Below, in pieces: positions 1-9,429 of a DNA stretch of 26,730 bases (within the stretch, counting starts at the first letter, position 1; every line of letters begins with the position of its first letter). The stretch lies in IMG/VR virus record IMGVR_UViG_3300032373_000097, positions 1 through 26,730 of that record. The stretch is one strand, 5' to 3'. The position numbers and the translations under genes were made by a program. Under the pieces are notes generated by a model. The model saw nothing but the letters and a program-made list of their open reading frames with translations. It made no database searches and was not told the DNA's origin. Source of the DNA: a virus. Lineage: Duplodnaviria; Caudoviricetes.

Positions 1-1
1 G

Positions 2-1552
2 CATGGCGGCTTGCCCTGCTGTCGGCACAGTCGCCCCCAACAGCCCACCAATGATTGCACCAGGAACATTCCCAAGCGCATAGCCAGCCGCCGCGCCGCC
101 GCCCGATGCACCAAGTTCTCCGACATATGGAAGGCGACGAATGCCGCCCGCTTCAACTGTCGGCATGGGCCGCAGGATTTGGCCCGCTGCCCGCGTTGTT
201 TCCATAAGGTCGGTCCCGTTGCCCGTCGCATAGTTCTGCCTGCCTTGGGTGCGGATCACCGCCTGATTTAGCTGCGTGGGCGACAAAACACCGGATTCGC
301 TGCCAACCCGCGTTGCCGCATCACTGACAGCAAGGTAATTGCGCCACTGTTCCCGCGCTTGGGAAAGCGCTTGAATGTCACTGTCACGACCGGCTGAAAC
401 CAAGGCCGCATCTGTGGCGTCGTCAATAAGTGCCCTCAATGACCGCGCGGCTTCTCTTGTGGCCTCATCAGAACTCTGCGTCATCCGGCCAAGGGCGCTG
501 CGCCAAACGCGCAAGGTGCTTAGATCAATTGACGGTGCCGCCGGGTTTGTCGCGGCTTCAATTATCTCGTCTGCAATATTTCTGACACGCGGAACAACTG
601 TCGAGGCCGGTGCCATCTGCAAATACTGATCGACAACATCGTCGGCCATTTGCGCCATCGCCTGCGTCGGCTGAAAAGAAACGCCTTGCAGTGAATCGTC
701 CATCACCTGCCCGATACGCGCCGCCGCGTCCCGCAATGCTTGGGGGGTTGCTCTGGCTTCTTGGCTACCAATGGAACGCATAGCTGCTGTCGTCAGGTCT
801 TCAAGCTGATCAACGCGCGGCGTAACGGTTCCCTCCATGCGGCGCAAAAGGTTTGATCCAGATGTTTGACCGGCTGTCGGTTGAACGCCCTGACGTTGAA
901 GATACGCGGCAAGGCGTTGCTGTTCAGCATTAGAACCAATTGGGCGGGGCCGCGCGTTTGTTGCCCCGGTCATGCCGCCGCCTAGGACAGTGCCCAAAAG
1001 CCCCCCCGCAAGGCGGGCATACGGCTCTGCCGCCGTTCCTTCCGCTGCCATCCCGGCAGTTTCAGATGCAATGCCCGGAATGACACCAAAACCTAGCAAC
1101 CCACGTGCGCCTGCGCCCGTCGCGCCCGGAATAAACTCTCCAACAGTCCCGGCTACACGCCCTGGCACGGTTTCGCTTCGAAATTCTGTCGCGCCATTTG
1201 TTGCATCGGACATATAGCCGCGCAAAGCTGCGCCAGAAAGCGGGTTCCCATCTGACAGCCCATCGACACTCGGCAAAAGCCCCAACCTCTCGAAAGGCAC
1301 GTCAAGAAGGTCGCTAACAGTGCCAGGAATGCCAGCCATTTCAGCAGCGCCGCGCGCCACGCCGGGAAAAAAGGCGCGGCCCATTTCGTTAATAGCTTCG
1401 CCGATCCGTTCGCCTGGCGTGTCAACTTCACCACTGCCTATCACGTTTTCGTAAATGGCTTGACCGATGCCGCGAGGCTGCGCTTGGCTACGCGCTTGTG
1501 CTATTGCCATGGCCTCAGCTTCGGCGCGCTGCCTGTCGATGTTCCCGGTCAT
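2..1552 (-). CDS. Internal virion / DNA-ejection protein, truncated by the left window edge (not in the ORF track)
   Basis: ATG at 1552 overlaps the TGA of the upstream gene (ATGA). It reads MTGNIDRQRAEAEAMAIAQARSQAQPRGIGQAIYENVIGSGEVDTPGERIGE..., Ala/Gly-rich, and appears open to the edge. Its position after other ejection-type genes fits P22 gp16/gp20-like proteins. Confidence 0.75.
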   Translation of the reverse strand, partial: MTGNIDRQRAEAEAMAIAQARSQAQPRGIGQAIYENVIGSGEVDTPGERIGEAINEMGRAFFPGVARGAAEMAGIPGTVSDLLDVPFERLGLLPSVDGLSDGNPLSGAALRGYMSDATNGATEFRSETVPGRVAGTVGEFIPGATGAGARGLLGFGVIPGIASETAGMAAEGTAAEPYARLAGGLLGTVLGGGMTGATNARPRPIGSNAEQQRLAAYLQRQGVQPTAGQTSGSNLLRRMEGTVTPRVDQLEDLTTAAMRSIGSQEARATPQALRDAAARIGQVMDDSLQGVSFQPTQAMAQMADDVVDQYLQMAPASTVVPRVRNIADEIIEAATNPAAPSIDLSTLRVWRSALGRMTQSSDEATREAARSLRALIDDATDAALVSAGRDSDIQALSQAREQWRNYLAVSDAATRVGSESGVLSPTQLNQAVIRTQGRQNYATGNGTDLMETTRAAGQILRPMPTVEAGGIRRLPYVGELGASGGGAAAGYALGNVPGAIIGGLLGATVPTAGQAAM

Positions 1553-3249
1553 TGGAAATCCCCATACCAACGGCGCAAGGTTTCTTCCCCGTGGGTTTCA
1601 AGAAGAATAGACTGAACATTTGGGTCAAGGTCCGACCATCCGCCAGGCGCGGACCCTGCCGATTGCTCGGGTTGAGCATCTGCCGCGTTCGGGCCGTTCA
1701 CAACATTTTCAATTTGCGTAGCGAGACGCTCAAGGTTTCGAACCAGTTGTTCGGGGCTTTGTGAAGTCGAAATACTGCCCGATGTTGCTTGCAACAATTG
1801 CAATTCACGCTCTGAAATTGCCCCTAGCGCACCACCAGTGGGGCTTGCTTGACGCATCTGGCTAAGAGCCTCAAACGAAATGTTCGCGGCAATGGTATCC
1901 ATCAGGGCTTGCAGGTCAGCAGCCGATGACCCCGGAATGTTCGCAAGTATTCCGCCTAAAACACCAGTGGTCAAATTCGGGCTTTCACGCACCAGCGTCA
2001 TTGCCCGCCCAATATCTTCTAGCATCAGCCCACCAGTCTGCTCTTGCCCAGCAGCAGCGGCGGCATCAGATTCGGTTCTGTCTTCCGGCCCGCCAGGGAT
2101 AGCCCGAAGGCTTCTTGCGCCGGTTTCGGGGTCCGTAAATAATTCATAACCCTGCGGAATGGTTCCGACTTCGCCCTGCCCACCAACGTTTACGGTTGTG
2201 CCGCCGCCACCGAACGCAAGTTCAAGCGCCTGTTCCGGGTCCACTCCTTGGCCCAAAAGGTATTCATATTGTTGAACAGCAGAAGGCTGATCCGGCGAGG
2301 CCATTGCTTGCTGCAACGCTTGACTTGGCTGAATAAGCCCTTGCTCTACCATTACAGCAAGGTTTTCTTGCCCGTTCTCGCGCAACCACGCAACAGTTTG
2401 CGGCGCGGGCGGCTCATCAGCGTTCGGGCCTGGTGCCAACGCGATACCACCGGCAGCGCCAGGGGCAACGCCACCAGCCATAACAGCCGTCGCCAGATCG
2501 TCACGCCCGATAGACCGCAGCCATTCTGCCGTTTGGTTCAGCCTGCGCTCCTCGCGTTCCGCCTCGCGTCGGTCTGCAATCCGCCCGCCCGCCAAACCCT
2601 GCAACCCCGGATCGGGCCGCAAGGTCATGCCGTTAAGGCCAAGAGCCAAGGTGTCCCACCCGCTGCCGCCTGTGCGAAAGTTGTCCCGCAAACGCTGCCC
2701 GAATGGCTGCTGCTCCTGCTGTTGACCGCCTCTGCTCATGCCCGTAGTTCCTTGTCCTAACAGTCCTTGCGCTGGTCTTTGCCCTGCGCTGGCGACGGAA
2801 CCACCAGAAGGGCGAACCCTACCGCCATCCTCCGCCATCGGCTCAATGTGCCAGTTTTCCCAAGACATTGGAAAATGCAGGCCAAATTGGCCCGCGTTTT
2901 CATGAACCCATTCACGCGCAGCATCGGACGCATACGAAAGATCAACTGCATTGCCGTGATTGTGATTAGAATTCCCCGGCGGTGCCACCCATTGGCGCGC
3001 GGCTTCTGGCGACCCGTAGCGTTCAAGCGCAGATTCCCAAAGGCGGCGCTGATGGTCCACCGACCGATAACCGGAAATTGCGCCAAGCTCTTCTCGTAGA
3101 TCCGGCGGCATGGCCTCTTGCATGGCCTCAAGCCCCTGCCTGAAACCCGGTGTTAGCCCCTCCAGGTATTGCGCAGGGATATCGACCTGCACCACATACG
3201 GGTTTCTTTGTGCTTGCGTCGTTAGCAAGCCGAGATTGACCGCAGGCAT
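1549..3249 (-). CDS. DNA-ejection protein with N-terminal M15-family (VanY-like) zinc peptidase domain
   Basis: Motifs SGYRS..HQ..LW, VAPPGNSNHNHGNAVDL (SxHxxGxAxD) and WENWHIE (ExWH). The C-terminal region is helical and Q/G/A-rich (GGALGAISERELQLLQ). ATG at 3249 directly follows the upstream stop at 3251. Confidence 0.85.
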   Translation of the reverse strand: MPAVNLGLLTTQAQRNPYVVQVDIPAQYLEGLTPGFRQGLEAMQEAMPPDLREELGAISGYRSVDHQRRLWESALERYGSPEAARQWVAPPGNSNHNHGNAVDLSYASDAAREWVHENAGQFGLHFPMSWENWHIEPMAEDGGRVRPSGGSVASAGQRPAQGLLGQGTTGMSRGGQQQEQQPFGQRLRDNFRTGGSGWDTLALGLNGMTLRPDPGLQGLAGGRIADRREAEREERRLNQTAEWLRSIGRDDLATAVMAGGVAPGAAGGIALAPGPNADEPPAPQTVAWLRENGQENLAVMVEQGLIQPSQALQQAMASPDQPSAVQQYEYLLGQGVDPEQALELAFGGGGTTVNVGGQGEVGTIPQGYELFTDPETGARSLRAIPGGPEDRTESDAAAAAGQEQTGGLMLEDIGRAMTLVRESPNLTTGVLGGILANIPGSSAADLQALMDTIAANISFEALSQMRQASPTGGALGAISERELQLLQATSGSISTSQSPEQLVRNLERLATQIENVVNGPNAADAQPEQSAGSAPGGWSDLDPNVQSILLETHGEETLRRWYGDFQ

Positions 3250-3250
3250 A

Positions 3251-3943
3251 TCAGACGCCGCCCAAAAGGCCCGCGCCAAGCGAAAGGTAATTCAGCAACC
3301 CCGGCTGATAGCTTTGCGTTGACGTGCTGCCGCCACCGTTCGGGATAGCCCCAAGCGCCGCCAGAGGCAACGTAAGCGCCGTCTGCGGCGCGTTTGCCCA
3401 TCCTTGGTATTGCCCCGCCCCGGCGTCGATAATCTGCTGCTGTAGCGCCTGCTGCATAAGGCCCTGCTGCATCTGGCTTTGGTTCAGTTGCTGCCCCATG
3501 CCGAACGCCTGCCCCGCCATTCCCGCAAGCTGGCCCGCCGCCTGTAGCCGCTGCGCGTTTGCGCCCATGCGGTTGTTTATGTCAAACATCGCGCCTTGCT
3601 GCGCGTTGTTGAACCCGGCCTGACGCTGCCCGCTGGCAAACTGCGTTGCCTGCCGCGCGTAATTGTCATTTGTCAGGCTTTCCGCCACGCCATGCCGTGA
3701 CCCGCCAAAAGCGCCCGCCGCTGAGGCCGCCGCGCCCGTGTCGTTAATCGCCATCTGGCGCGACCGCTCAATATCATTCAACCCGGTATTGATCACCTGA
3801 TCGGTGTAAGGGTTCTGATAAGCCGCAATGTCAGCGCCCTGCAACGAACCGGGATTGAACCCCATACCCGCCGCTGTGGTTGCCCCCGCCGCGCCAAGAC
3901 CCCCAGCGCTTGCCTGATAAACGTTCTGTCCACCGCCTGCCAT
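3251..3943 (-). CDS. Gly/Ala/Gln-rich DNA-ejection (pilot) protein
   Basis: 230 aa, low-complexity A/G/Q, with YQNPYTDQVIN and AFGGSRHGVAE segments and a hydrophobic C-terminus. Located in the ejection-protein block. Confidence 0.75.
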   Translation of the reverse strand: MAGGGQNVYQASAGGLGAAGATTAAGMGFNPGSLQGADIAAYQNPYTDQVINTGLNDIERSRQMAINDTGAAASAAGAFGGSRHGVAESLTNDNYARQATQFASGQRQAGFNNAQQGAMFDINNRMGANAQRLQAAGQLAGMAGQAFGMGQQLNQSQMQQGLMQQALQQQIIDAGAGQYQGWANAPQTALTLPLAALGAIPNGGGSTSTQSYQPGLLNYLSLGAGLLGGV

Positions 3944-3944
3944 T

Positions 3945-4616
3945 TTATCCGCCTTTCCCGCCGCCGCCGCCGCCGCCGTCGCGCCCGTCGCCAGCCATAA
4001 AACCTAACCGCCCGTCGCCGTCGATCAAACCAAGATCAAAACGGGTGTCGTCAAAGAAACCGCCATCGCCAAACACGCCTCCCGACATTCCGTTGAACAT
4101 GCCGCCCGCGCCGAACGGGTTGACGTTATCCACGCGGTTTTCGTCGAAGAATGCGTTGTTCCGCTGTTCCTCCATCCACCCATCGCCGCCGCCTTGCAAC
4201 ATGGATGCGATTGGGTTTGATGGTGCCGGGGTGTAGCCGCCCTGCCCCGTGACCGGATCAATGAACATGCCCGTGATGGCGTCATATTGGCCCGGTCGCG
4301 TAACCTGCAATTCGTTCATTGCCGCTTCAAGGATTGGCGCGCTGCTGTAACCCTGAACCCCCGGCGCGAAGGTCGTCGGCTCTGGCATGTTCGGCATTGC
4401 GCCTTGCATTCCGAAAGCGCCAAGAGCGTCCGTTGTATTCTGAAACGCAGCGTTCTGCGCCGGTTGGAATGCAGCCACGTCAGGGCCGTAATACGGAACG
4501 TAGCCGATCTGCGAAATCTGGTCTGCGCGGTCCAGGTTGTTTTGCGCCGCCTCCTGCACCCAAGCAGGAATGCTGACCTGTGTCGTTTGGCTTCCGCCCT
4601 TGCCGCCTCCGCTCAT
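3945..4616 (-). CDS. P22 gp7-like DNA-ejection protein
   Basis: Likely start ATG 4616 (ATGA overlap). The N-terminus MSGGGKGGSQTTQVSIPAW has a GGKGG motif like P22 gp7, and the gene follows a gp14-like gene as in P22 gene order. Confidence 0.7.
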   Translation of the reverse strand: MSGGGKGGSQTTQVSIPAWVQEAAQNNLDRADQISQIGYVPYYGPDVAAFQPAQNAAFQNTTDALGAFGMQGAMPNMPEPTTFAPGVQGYSSAPILEAAMNELQVTRPGQYDAITGMFIDPVTGQGGYTPAPSNPIASMLQGGGDGWMEEQRNNAFFDENRVDNVNPFGAGGMFNGMSGGVFGDGGFFDDTRFDLGLIDGDGRLGFMAGDGRDGGGGGGGKGG

Positions 4617-4969
4617 AGCGTCAACTCCTGCGTTTGGTGGACCTGCCGCCAATGCGGCAACGCGCGCTGCCATCCAGCGCGGCCCGAGATTGTCATTGCA
4701 TGGCACCCGTTCGCGCGGGCAAACTCTGCCGCCGGGTGTTCCAGATCCTTGATTGCCTGCATTTCACCACCCGCCAGGAACACGTTAAGAACGCGCTTGC
4801 GGGGGAAGTTCACAAATTCCGTTATCGCGCAGCCGTTCGGGCGTTCCCAAAGCCGGAACCGACCAGTCAGCACACCCGCCGCGATATCGTCAAAGGTGTG
4901 CGTTCCGCCGCTGTATTCCAAAGCCGCCTCAATCCACGGTCGGCAACGGGCAAGCTGGTCAAAAATCAT
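4613..4969 (-). CDS. GNAT-fold virion-assembly protein (P22 gp14-like position)
   Basis: 118 aa with LNVFLAGG...AAEFARANGCHAMTISGRAGWQR, resembling an acetyltransferase C-terminal motif. Lies between nozzle and ejection genes. Confidence 0.6.
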   Translation of the reverse strand: MIFDQLARCRPWIEAALEYSGGTHTFDDIAAGVLTGRFRLWERPNGCAITEFVNFPRKRVLNVFLAGGEMQAIKDLEHPAAEFARANGCHAMTISGRAGWQRALPHWRQVHQTQELTL

Positions 4970-5178
4970 ACCGTCCCCAATACCAAAGCGCCGTTGCGCA
5001 ACACCAATTCACGGCGTTCGCCGGTTACTTCATCAGTAAGAATGATGCGTTCACCATTGCCACCAACTTCGATATCCTGCCCGCGCTTGTGGTTTTGACG
5101 GTCTGCCAGTTCAAGCGCCCGGTTGCGTTCAAGTTCATGCGCGCGGTTGTAGGCTGGTGCCGGGTTTTGCAGCCTCAT
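4966..5178 (-). CDS. Small hypothetical virion-associated protein
   Basis: 70 aa, ATGA-coupled on both sides within the tail operon. Confidence 0.7.
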   Translation of the reverse strand: MRLQNPAPAYNRAHELERNRALELADRQNHKRGQDIEVGGNGERIILTDEVTGERRELVLRNGALVLGTV

Positions 5179-6650
5179 CGCCGCCCACCCTGGCGCGCTT
5201 CAAGCCGTGGGATGCCCCAACGCCAGGACACGCCCTCCGCACCCGTGACACGCATTCTAACCTGCCGCCCGGTGAAGCGAACATCAGTCGGAGCGGCCAT
5301 GCTATAGCTGCCATATTCGCGTTCTGTGTCGTTCGGGTGGAGCCGTGTTTTGAACAGAACGCTGCACTGACCTTGCGTCTTTTCGTCGGGAATCAGCGAC
5401 GTTGCCACCATCACGCCATCACCGGAACCGAACGCAATAGGCCCGCTTTCCGCGTAAACATCCCCGCTGTCATACAGATTGCCGATTTCGTGGTTGTAAA
5501 TGCCGCCCGCTGGTGAAACCCAAATCGGCGCAGCAAAAACACCACGATCAACGCCCGCGCACCTGTCGATTGAACCAATCATCCATACGCCTGTGCCGTA
5601 ATTTAGGGCGACATAACTATCGCATTCGTTTGACGCGGTTGACGGATAGAACCACCAAACCTCCCCAAATTGCGCGTTGTTTACCGCGTAAACCTTGCCT
5701 GCCTGCGACGTGTTCAGATTGGTGAAAACATAATCAGCAACTTCGCATGGCAGTTCTTCAACGCCACCTCCAAAGAAGCTGTAAAAGGAACGCCGCCCCA
5801 TCCAAAACGCGCCGCCATCGACCGCAACAGCCGCCTTAGCTCCGATGACACCACAGCTTTCCCCGACACGCTCAAAGCCGTAAACGAAAGGCGGGCCGAC
5901 ATAGGTCATTGTGTGCGCGTCCAATGTGGACAAAAGCAGCGCCTGGCCTCGACAGCGAATTGCCTTTTTCAACGATCCAGCGCTTTTCAGTTCAAAGTCA
6001 CCGGCCTCATTTGTCGCGGCAGGCGTCCAGGTCGTGTTATCTTCGCGGTCTGACCACTGCACCTTGCGAGGGTCGCCACCAGCGCCAAGGGCGACAAGGA
6101 ACCTTTCATCAGTCACAAACGCACCGCTCACGCTGGTGGGCGCATTGCTTACAGCCACTGGCAGAACGCCAGTATTCAGTTGCCATTCGTAAATGTTGCC
6201 ATCGTCTTCTGTCGCGGCAATAAGATATTCGCCCCATGTGTCCAGCGACCACGTTGTAGGATCGGCCAGCGCGGCGGTGTCAGATCGTGGCGTTCCATAA
6301 GCATCTGCCCCATAGAACCCGCCACCATAACCAAGATTTGCAGCCGCGTCTTCGCTGCCAGCCGTGAAGCCCGCCGGGGTGATATCCGACAACGTGCCAG
6401 ACGCTGACAACACATACAGCTTATTGTAGGTGCCAAAGGCAACCCGACGATCCGCGCTGTTATCAGACCACGCCAAAGCGCCACGGCAAGCAGCGTTAAG
6501 CGTCCCCGTGACGCGCGTTGACCACCCTCCAACCGGCTGCATTGTGCCGTCCGTCCAGCGCACAAGGGAAGCGTCACGCCACCGGCCCGCGCTCTGCAAT
6601 TCTGTGCCGCCGCGCTTAACGCCGGGGGGAATGTCGAGAGGGATCAGCAT
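5175..6650 (-). CDS. Tail nozzle / DNA-stabilisation protein (P22 gp10-like, tail tubular protein B type)
   Basis: 491 aa, Trp/beta-rich and propeller-like (VQWSDREDNTTWTPAATNEAG, YVGPPFVYGF, FGEVWWFYPS). Its position in the operon matches. Confidence 0.8.
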   Translation of the reverse strand: MLIPLDIPPGVKRGGTELQSAGRWRDASLVRWTDGTMQPVGGWSTRVTGTLNAACRGALAWSDNSADRRVAFGTYNKLYVLSASGTLSDITPAGFTAGSEDAAANLGYGGGFYGADAYGTPRSDTAALADPTTWSLDTWGEYLIAATEDDGNIYEWQLNTGVLPVAVSNAPTSVSGAFVTDERFLVALGAGGDPRKVQWSDREDNTTWTPAATNEAGDFELKSAGSLKKAIRCRGQALLLSTLDAHTMTYVGPPFVYGFERVGESCGVIGAKAAVAVDGGAFWMGRRSFYSFFGGGVEELPCEVADYVFTNLNTSQAGKVYAVNNAQFGEVWWFYPSTASNECDSYVALNYGTGVWMIGSIDRCAGVDRGVFAAPIWVSPAGGIYNHEIGNLYDSGDVYAESGPIAFGSGDGVMVATSLIPDEKTQGQCSVLFKTRLHPNDTEREYGSYSMAAPTDVRFTGRQVRMRVTGAEGVSWRWGIPRLEARQGGRR

Positions 6651-7516
6651 TAGCCAACAATCAAAACGTGAATTTCGTCTGCATCATAGGGCTGCGGCTG
6701 CGCGTTCTCTCCGCTCGTGTTGGCATTGGTAAGGATGCGGACGCTGCCCGTTGCCCGCGTCGATACGTAAGCAAACGTTGAACTCCCGCTGCTTTGTTCC
6801 TTGACCGAAACCTGCACACAATAATTCGCACTTGCCAAAGCTGCCGAAAAGTTAAGTGTGTAGTCGCCCGTTCCGTTGTCCGTGATGCTGGCAATGTTGC
6901 TGCCAGCCGTTAGGGCCGGTGTTCCAGTGCCATCGAACAAGGCCCAAGCCTGAACCTGCGGCCCCAAACTATTATCAACATACGCTTTCACCGACTGCTG
7001 CGTCGGAACCGCCGATGCGCTGTCAGAAGCCATGTTGTCTTCGTCGAGAACATCAGGGCCGTCCACCACATCACCATCCGCGTTCCATTGCGCCAGGTTT
7101 CCGTTGGTGCCTGCCGTGCCGGTCACGATGGTTAGATCCGCGCCAGAAACAGCCGTTAGCCCGTCCAAAAGGTTCAATTCTGCGGCGGTCGCGGTCAGCG
7201 CGTTGTAATCCGCAAGCGTCCAAGTCACCCCGTCGAGCAAGTTGATTTCTGCCGCCGTGCTGGTCACGCCGTCCAGAATGTTCAATTCAGCAGCGGTAGA
7301 AGTTACGCCGTCCAGAATATTCAACTCTGCCGCCGTGCTGGTGACCGCAACACCGCCAACCTGCCAGCCGACAAGGTTCGGCGCAATGGCCGTGGTCCCG
7401 TCAAGCAGGTCGTCGATGGTGTCGAAGTTGGTGTTTAGCTTAGGCCCCCAAGTCGCCTCGGATGCACCGACTTCGGGCTTGGTCAGGCTATAAGTGGTGG
7501 TTGTCGTATCAGCCAT
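6650..7516 (-). CDS. Tail fibre / needle-like protein with 13-aa repeats
   Basis: N-terminal [30 protein letters not shown] anchor, [13 protein letters not shown] repeats, the [14 protein letters not shown] fibre motif and a C-terminal AWALFDGT...[14 protein letters not shown] beta domain. Confidence 0.8.
   Translation of the reverse strand: MADTTTTTYSLTKPEVGASEATWGPKLNTNFDTIDDLLDGTTAIAPNLVGWQVGGVAVTSTAAELNILDGVTSTAAELNILDGVTSTAAEINLLDGVTWTLADYNALTATAAELNLLDGLTAVSGADLTIVTGTAGTNGNLAQWNADGDVVDGPDVLDEDNMASDSASAVPTQQSVKAYVDNSLGPQVQAWALFDGTGTPALTAGSNIASITDNGTGDYTLNFSAALASANYCVQVSVKEQSSGSSTFAYVSTRATGSVRILTNANTSGENAQPQPYDADEIHVLIVG
7157..7345 (-). repeat. 39-bp / 13-aa tandem repeat ([13 protein letters not shown] x3 plus a degenerate copy) in the fibre gene
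   Basis: Translation shows [39 protein letters not shown] and, after a short spacer, [13 protein letters not shown]. Confidence 0.9.
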
Positions 7517-7525
7517 TATCTTTCC

Positions 7526-8827
7526 TCACGCGGTTGCTTCCGCAATGCCACTGTCGCCAATGTCCGCGCCCCACGCGCTTTCCAACGTCCGCACGGCCAT
7601 GCCGCCAAGCGTGGCGTCTGCCGATGACAGGTTCGGAACGCCCGCCGTGTTGCTGACAGCCGTTGCAGCGGTGCCATTCAAGGCGATGTTGATTTCCGAG
7701 GCCGAGACACGCCATGCCACCCGCGCCGCGACATTGCTTCCCGGCGTGACTTGGTTCGTGCTGGTCACGGAAACAGACGATCCGCCATTGACCACCGTCA
7801 GCGTCACCTTGCCCGTGTTTGCGCCTGCCGTATCCAGCGTGACCGTGATCCGGTTGTTCGCATCCGCGCGCCAGTCTAACAGCGTCTGTTCAGTCGCGGT
7901 GCCGGTGTCTTCGTAATTCAGAAAAAGCTTGTGAAGGCCGCTCATGCCTGCCGCGTTATACGGCATATCGGACGCGCCAACAGACAAAGCGTCTGCGGCC
8001 CGCGTTACGCCCGCACCAGAGTAGGAGGACGCGGTTTCGGCAAGTTCGCCTTGGAAACCACCTGCGTAGGTGTTCAACGCAGCGCCAGGGCCGGTCCATT
8101 GCACATAATAATCACCAGCGCAGGTAAGCGGACCGCCAGTGTTATTCAGAACCGTCATCAACACGCGGTAGAGACCGTCAGCCAAATCCTCGATCTCTGT
8201 TCGGATGTGCGTCAGGCCAGAGCGCGCCGCGCTAGCTGCTGTCGGAACACCACCTGCCCAATCCAACGTATCCGTGCAATTGTTGCCGCCGCTGTCGATG
8301 CGAATCGCCGTTTGAGTTGACGTGCCCGCCTCAATGAAACAACTGAAGGTCACATAACCGCCATCCGGCACGGAACCGAGCGACTGACTGACATTCGAGA
8401 ATGCCGCTGCGCCATCAGACACGATCTGGTCCAAAGACACGCCCTTGCGTGTAACGGGGGTGCCGATGGAAACCGGGGCAGTCTTAGACCAAGCCGCATT
8501 TGACAGATCCTCGGGGAACGTCAGCACGTTTGTCCGCGCCTCTCCCTCAATCAAAACGCCCTCATCCACCCACGCGCTGCCGTTCCAGACGTGGTGGCCG
8601 GTGCGCAGCACGTTGCTGCCGACCGTGACCAGCGTTCCCGCGCTGTTGCGCATCGTGGCGCTGCTGGCGCGGGTGTGAGTGACCGCAGAACCAATATCGG
8701 ACAACGCCCCGCCCACGCGGTAATAGTCGCCCGCGAAGTCCAGAACGAGCGCAGGGTTTGCCTTGCCAGCCGCATACTCGGAACCGCCGTAACGGCGGCG
8801 CAGGATTGCCGGATGAATGCCCATCAT
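7526..8827 (-). CDS. Head-spike-fibre-like / carbohydrate-binding virion protein
   Basis: 433 aa with LVLDF..., THTRASSAT...GTL, GVLIEGEARTNVL and VTRAADAL motifs typical of phage head-spike/fibre proteins with CBM/LamG-like beta sandwiches. Confidence 0.65.
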   Translation of the reverse strand: MMGIHPAILRRRYGGSEYAAGKANPALVLDFAGDYYRVGGALSDIGSAVTHTRASSATMRNSAGTLVTVGSNVLRTGHHVWNGSAWVDEGVLIEGEARTNVLTFPEDLSNAAWSKTAPVSIGTPVTRKGVSLDQIVSDGAAAFSNVSQSLGSVPDGGYVTFSCFIEAGTSTQTAIRIDSGGNNCTDTLDWAGGVPTAASAARSGLTHIRTEIEDLADGLYRVLMTVLNNTGGPLTCAGDYYVQWTGPGAALNTYAGGFQGELAETASSYSGAGVTRAADALSVGASDMPYNAAGMSGLHKLFLNYEDTGTATEQTLLDWRADANNRITVTLDTAGANTGKVTLTVVNGGSSVSVTSTNQVTPGSNVAARVAWRVSASEINIALNGTAATAVSNTAGVPNLSSADATLGGMAVRTLESAWGADIGDSGIAEATA

Positions 8828-9168
8828 CAGCCCCGAAGAACAACCGTCACGTCAACCGCATCGCCTGTTCCGCCAGAAATCCCCGGCTTGATGTATCGGC
8901 AGGCCGTCGAAAACTCTGCAAGTCCTGCTGCCGTGACCGACATGCTTGCACCAGTCTGATCAACTAGCGTCACGAAGTTAGTGCCATCGTTCGAACCAGT
9001 CAGCGTAACGGTTGCACCGCCAAACGTTCCAGCAAACTGAACGGAACCCGCAAGGCCCGCCTGGTCGCTGATTTCATACGCAACCATCGTGTCGCCGGTT
9101 GCAATATCCGCCCACGCGATTTGCGCGGTCGTGACGTGCTGGTCATTTGTGAATGATACGGTTGCCAT
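8827..9168 (-). CDS. Small all-beta virion protein (putative spike base / decoration)
   Basis: 113 aa, beta-rich (SVQFAGTFGGATVTLTGSNDGTNF), TGATG-coupled to the fibre-like gene. Confidence 0.6.
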   Translation of the reverse strand: MATVSFTNDQHVTTAQIAWADIATGDTMVAYEISDQAGLAGSVQFAGTFGGATVTLTGSNDGTNFVTLVDQTGASMSVTAAGLAEFSTACRYIKPGISGGTGDAVDVTVVLRG

Positions 9169-9177
9169 AGCTTGCCC

Positions 9178-9429
9178 TCAATTCTCGTTCCATGTGGTCG
9201 CCGCGACGCTTGCAGGCGTCCAACCTGTGCCAGTGTCATCATTGGCGCTAAATGTGCCGAACGTGGGCCAAACATCGCCCGCATTTCCAGCGTTTATTGT
9301 GACCGTCGCCGCTTCAATCGCCGCGCCTTGACCGTTCATCACGATATCATCCTGCGTCGGTTCCTGGATGATTTCAGCCGCTTGGCCGGTTATGCCCTGT
9401 TCAATCTGCGCCGGGTAATACGTAGTCAC
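9178..9429 (-). CDS. Hypothetical virion protein
   Basis: 83 aa, acidic and Thr/Ala-rich, with a GTGA overlap with the adaptor gene. Confidence 0.65.
   Translation of the reverse strand: MTTYYPAQIEQGITGQAAEIIQEPTQDDIVMNGQGAAIEAATVTINAGNAGDVWPTFGTFSANDDTGTGWTPASVAATTWNEN

Noticed and set aside
2760-3249. M15 peptidase as the phage endolysin or a vancomycin-resistance VanY
   Set aside because: It is fused to a long ejection-type protein within the virion operon, with no adjacent holin/spanin or van genes.
3945-3990. (CCG)n microsatellite as a phase-variable tract
   Set aside because: It is an in-frame triplet run encoding poly-Gly, so slippage would not shift the frame.
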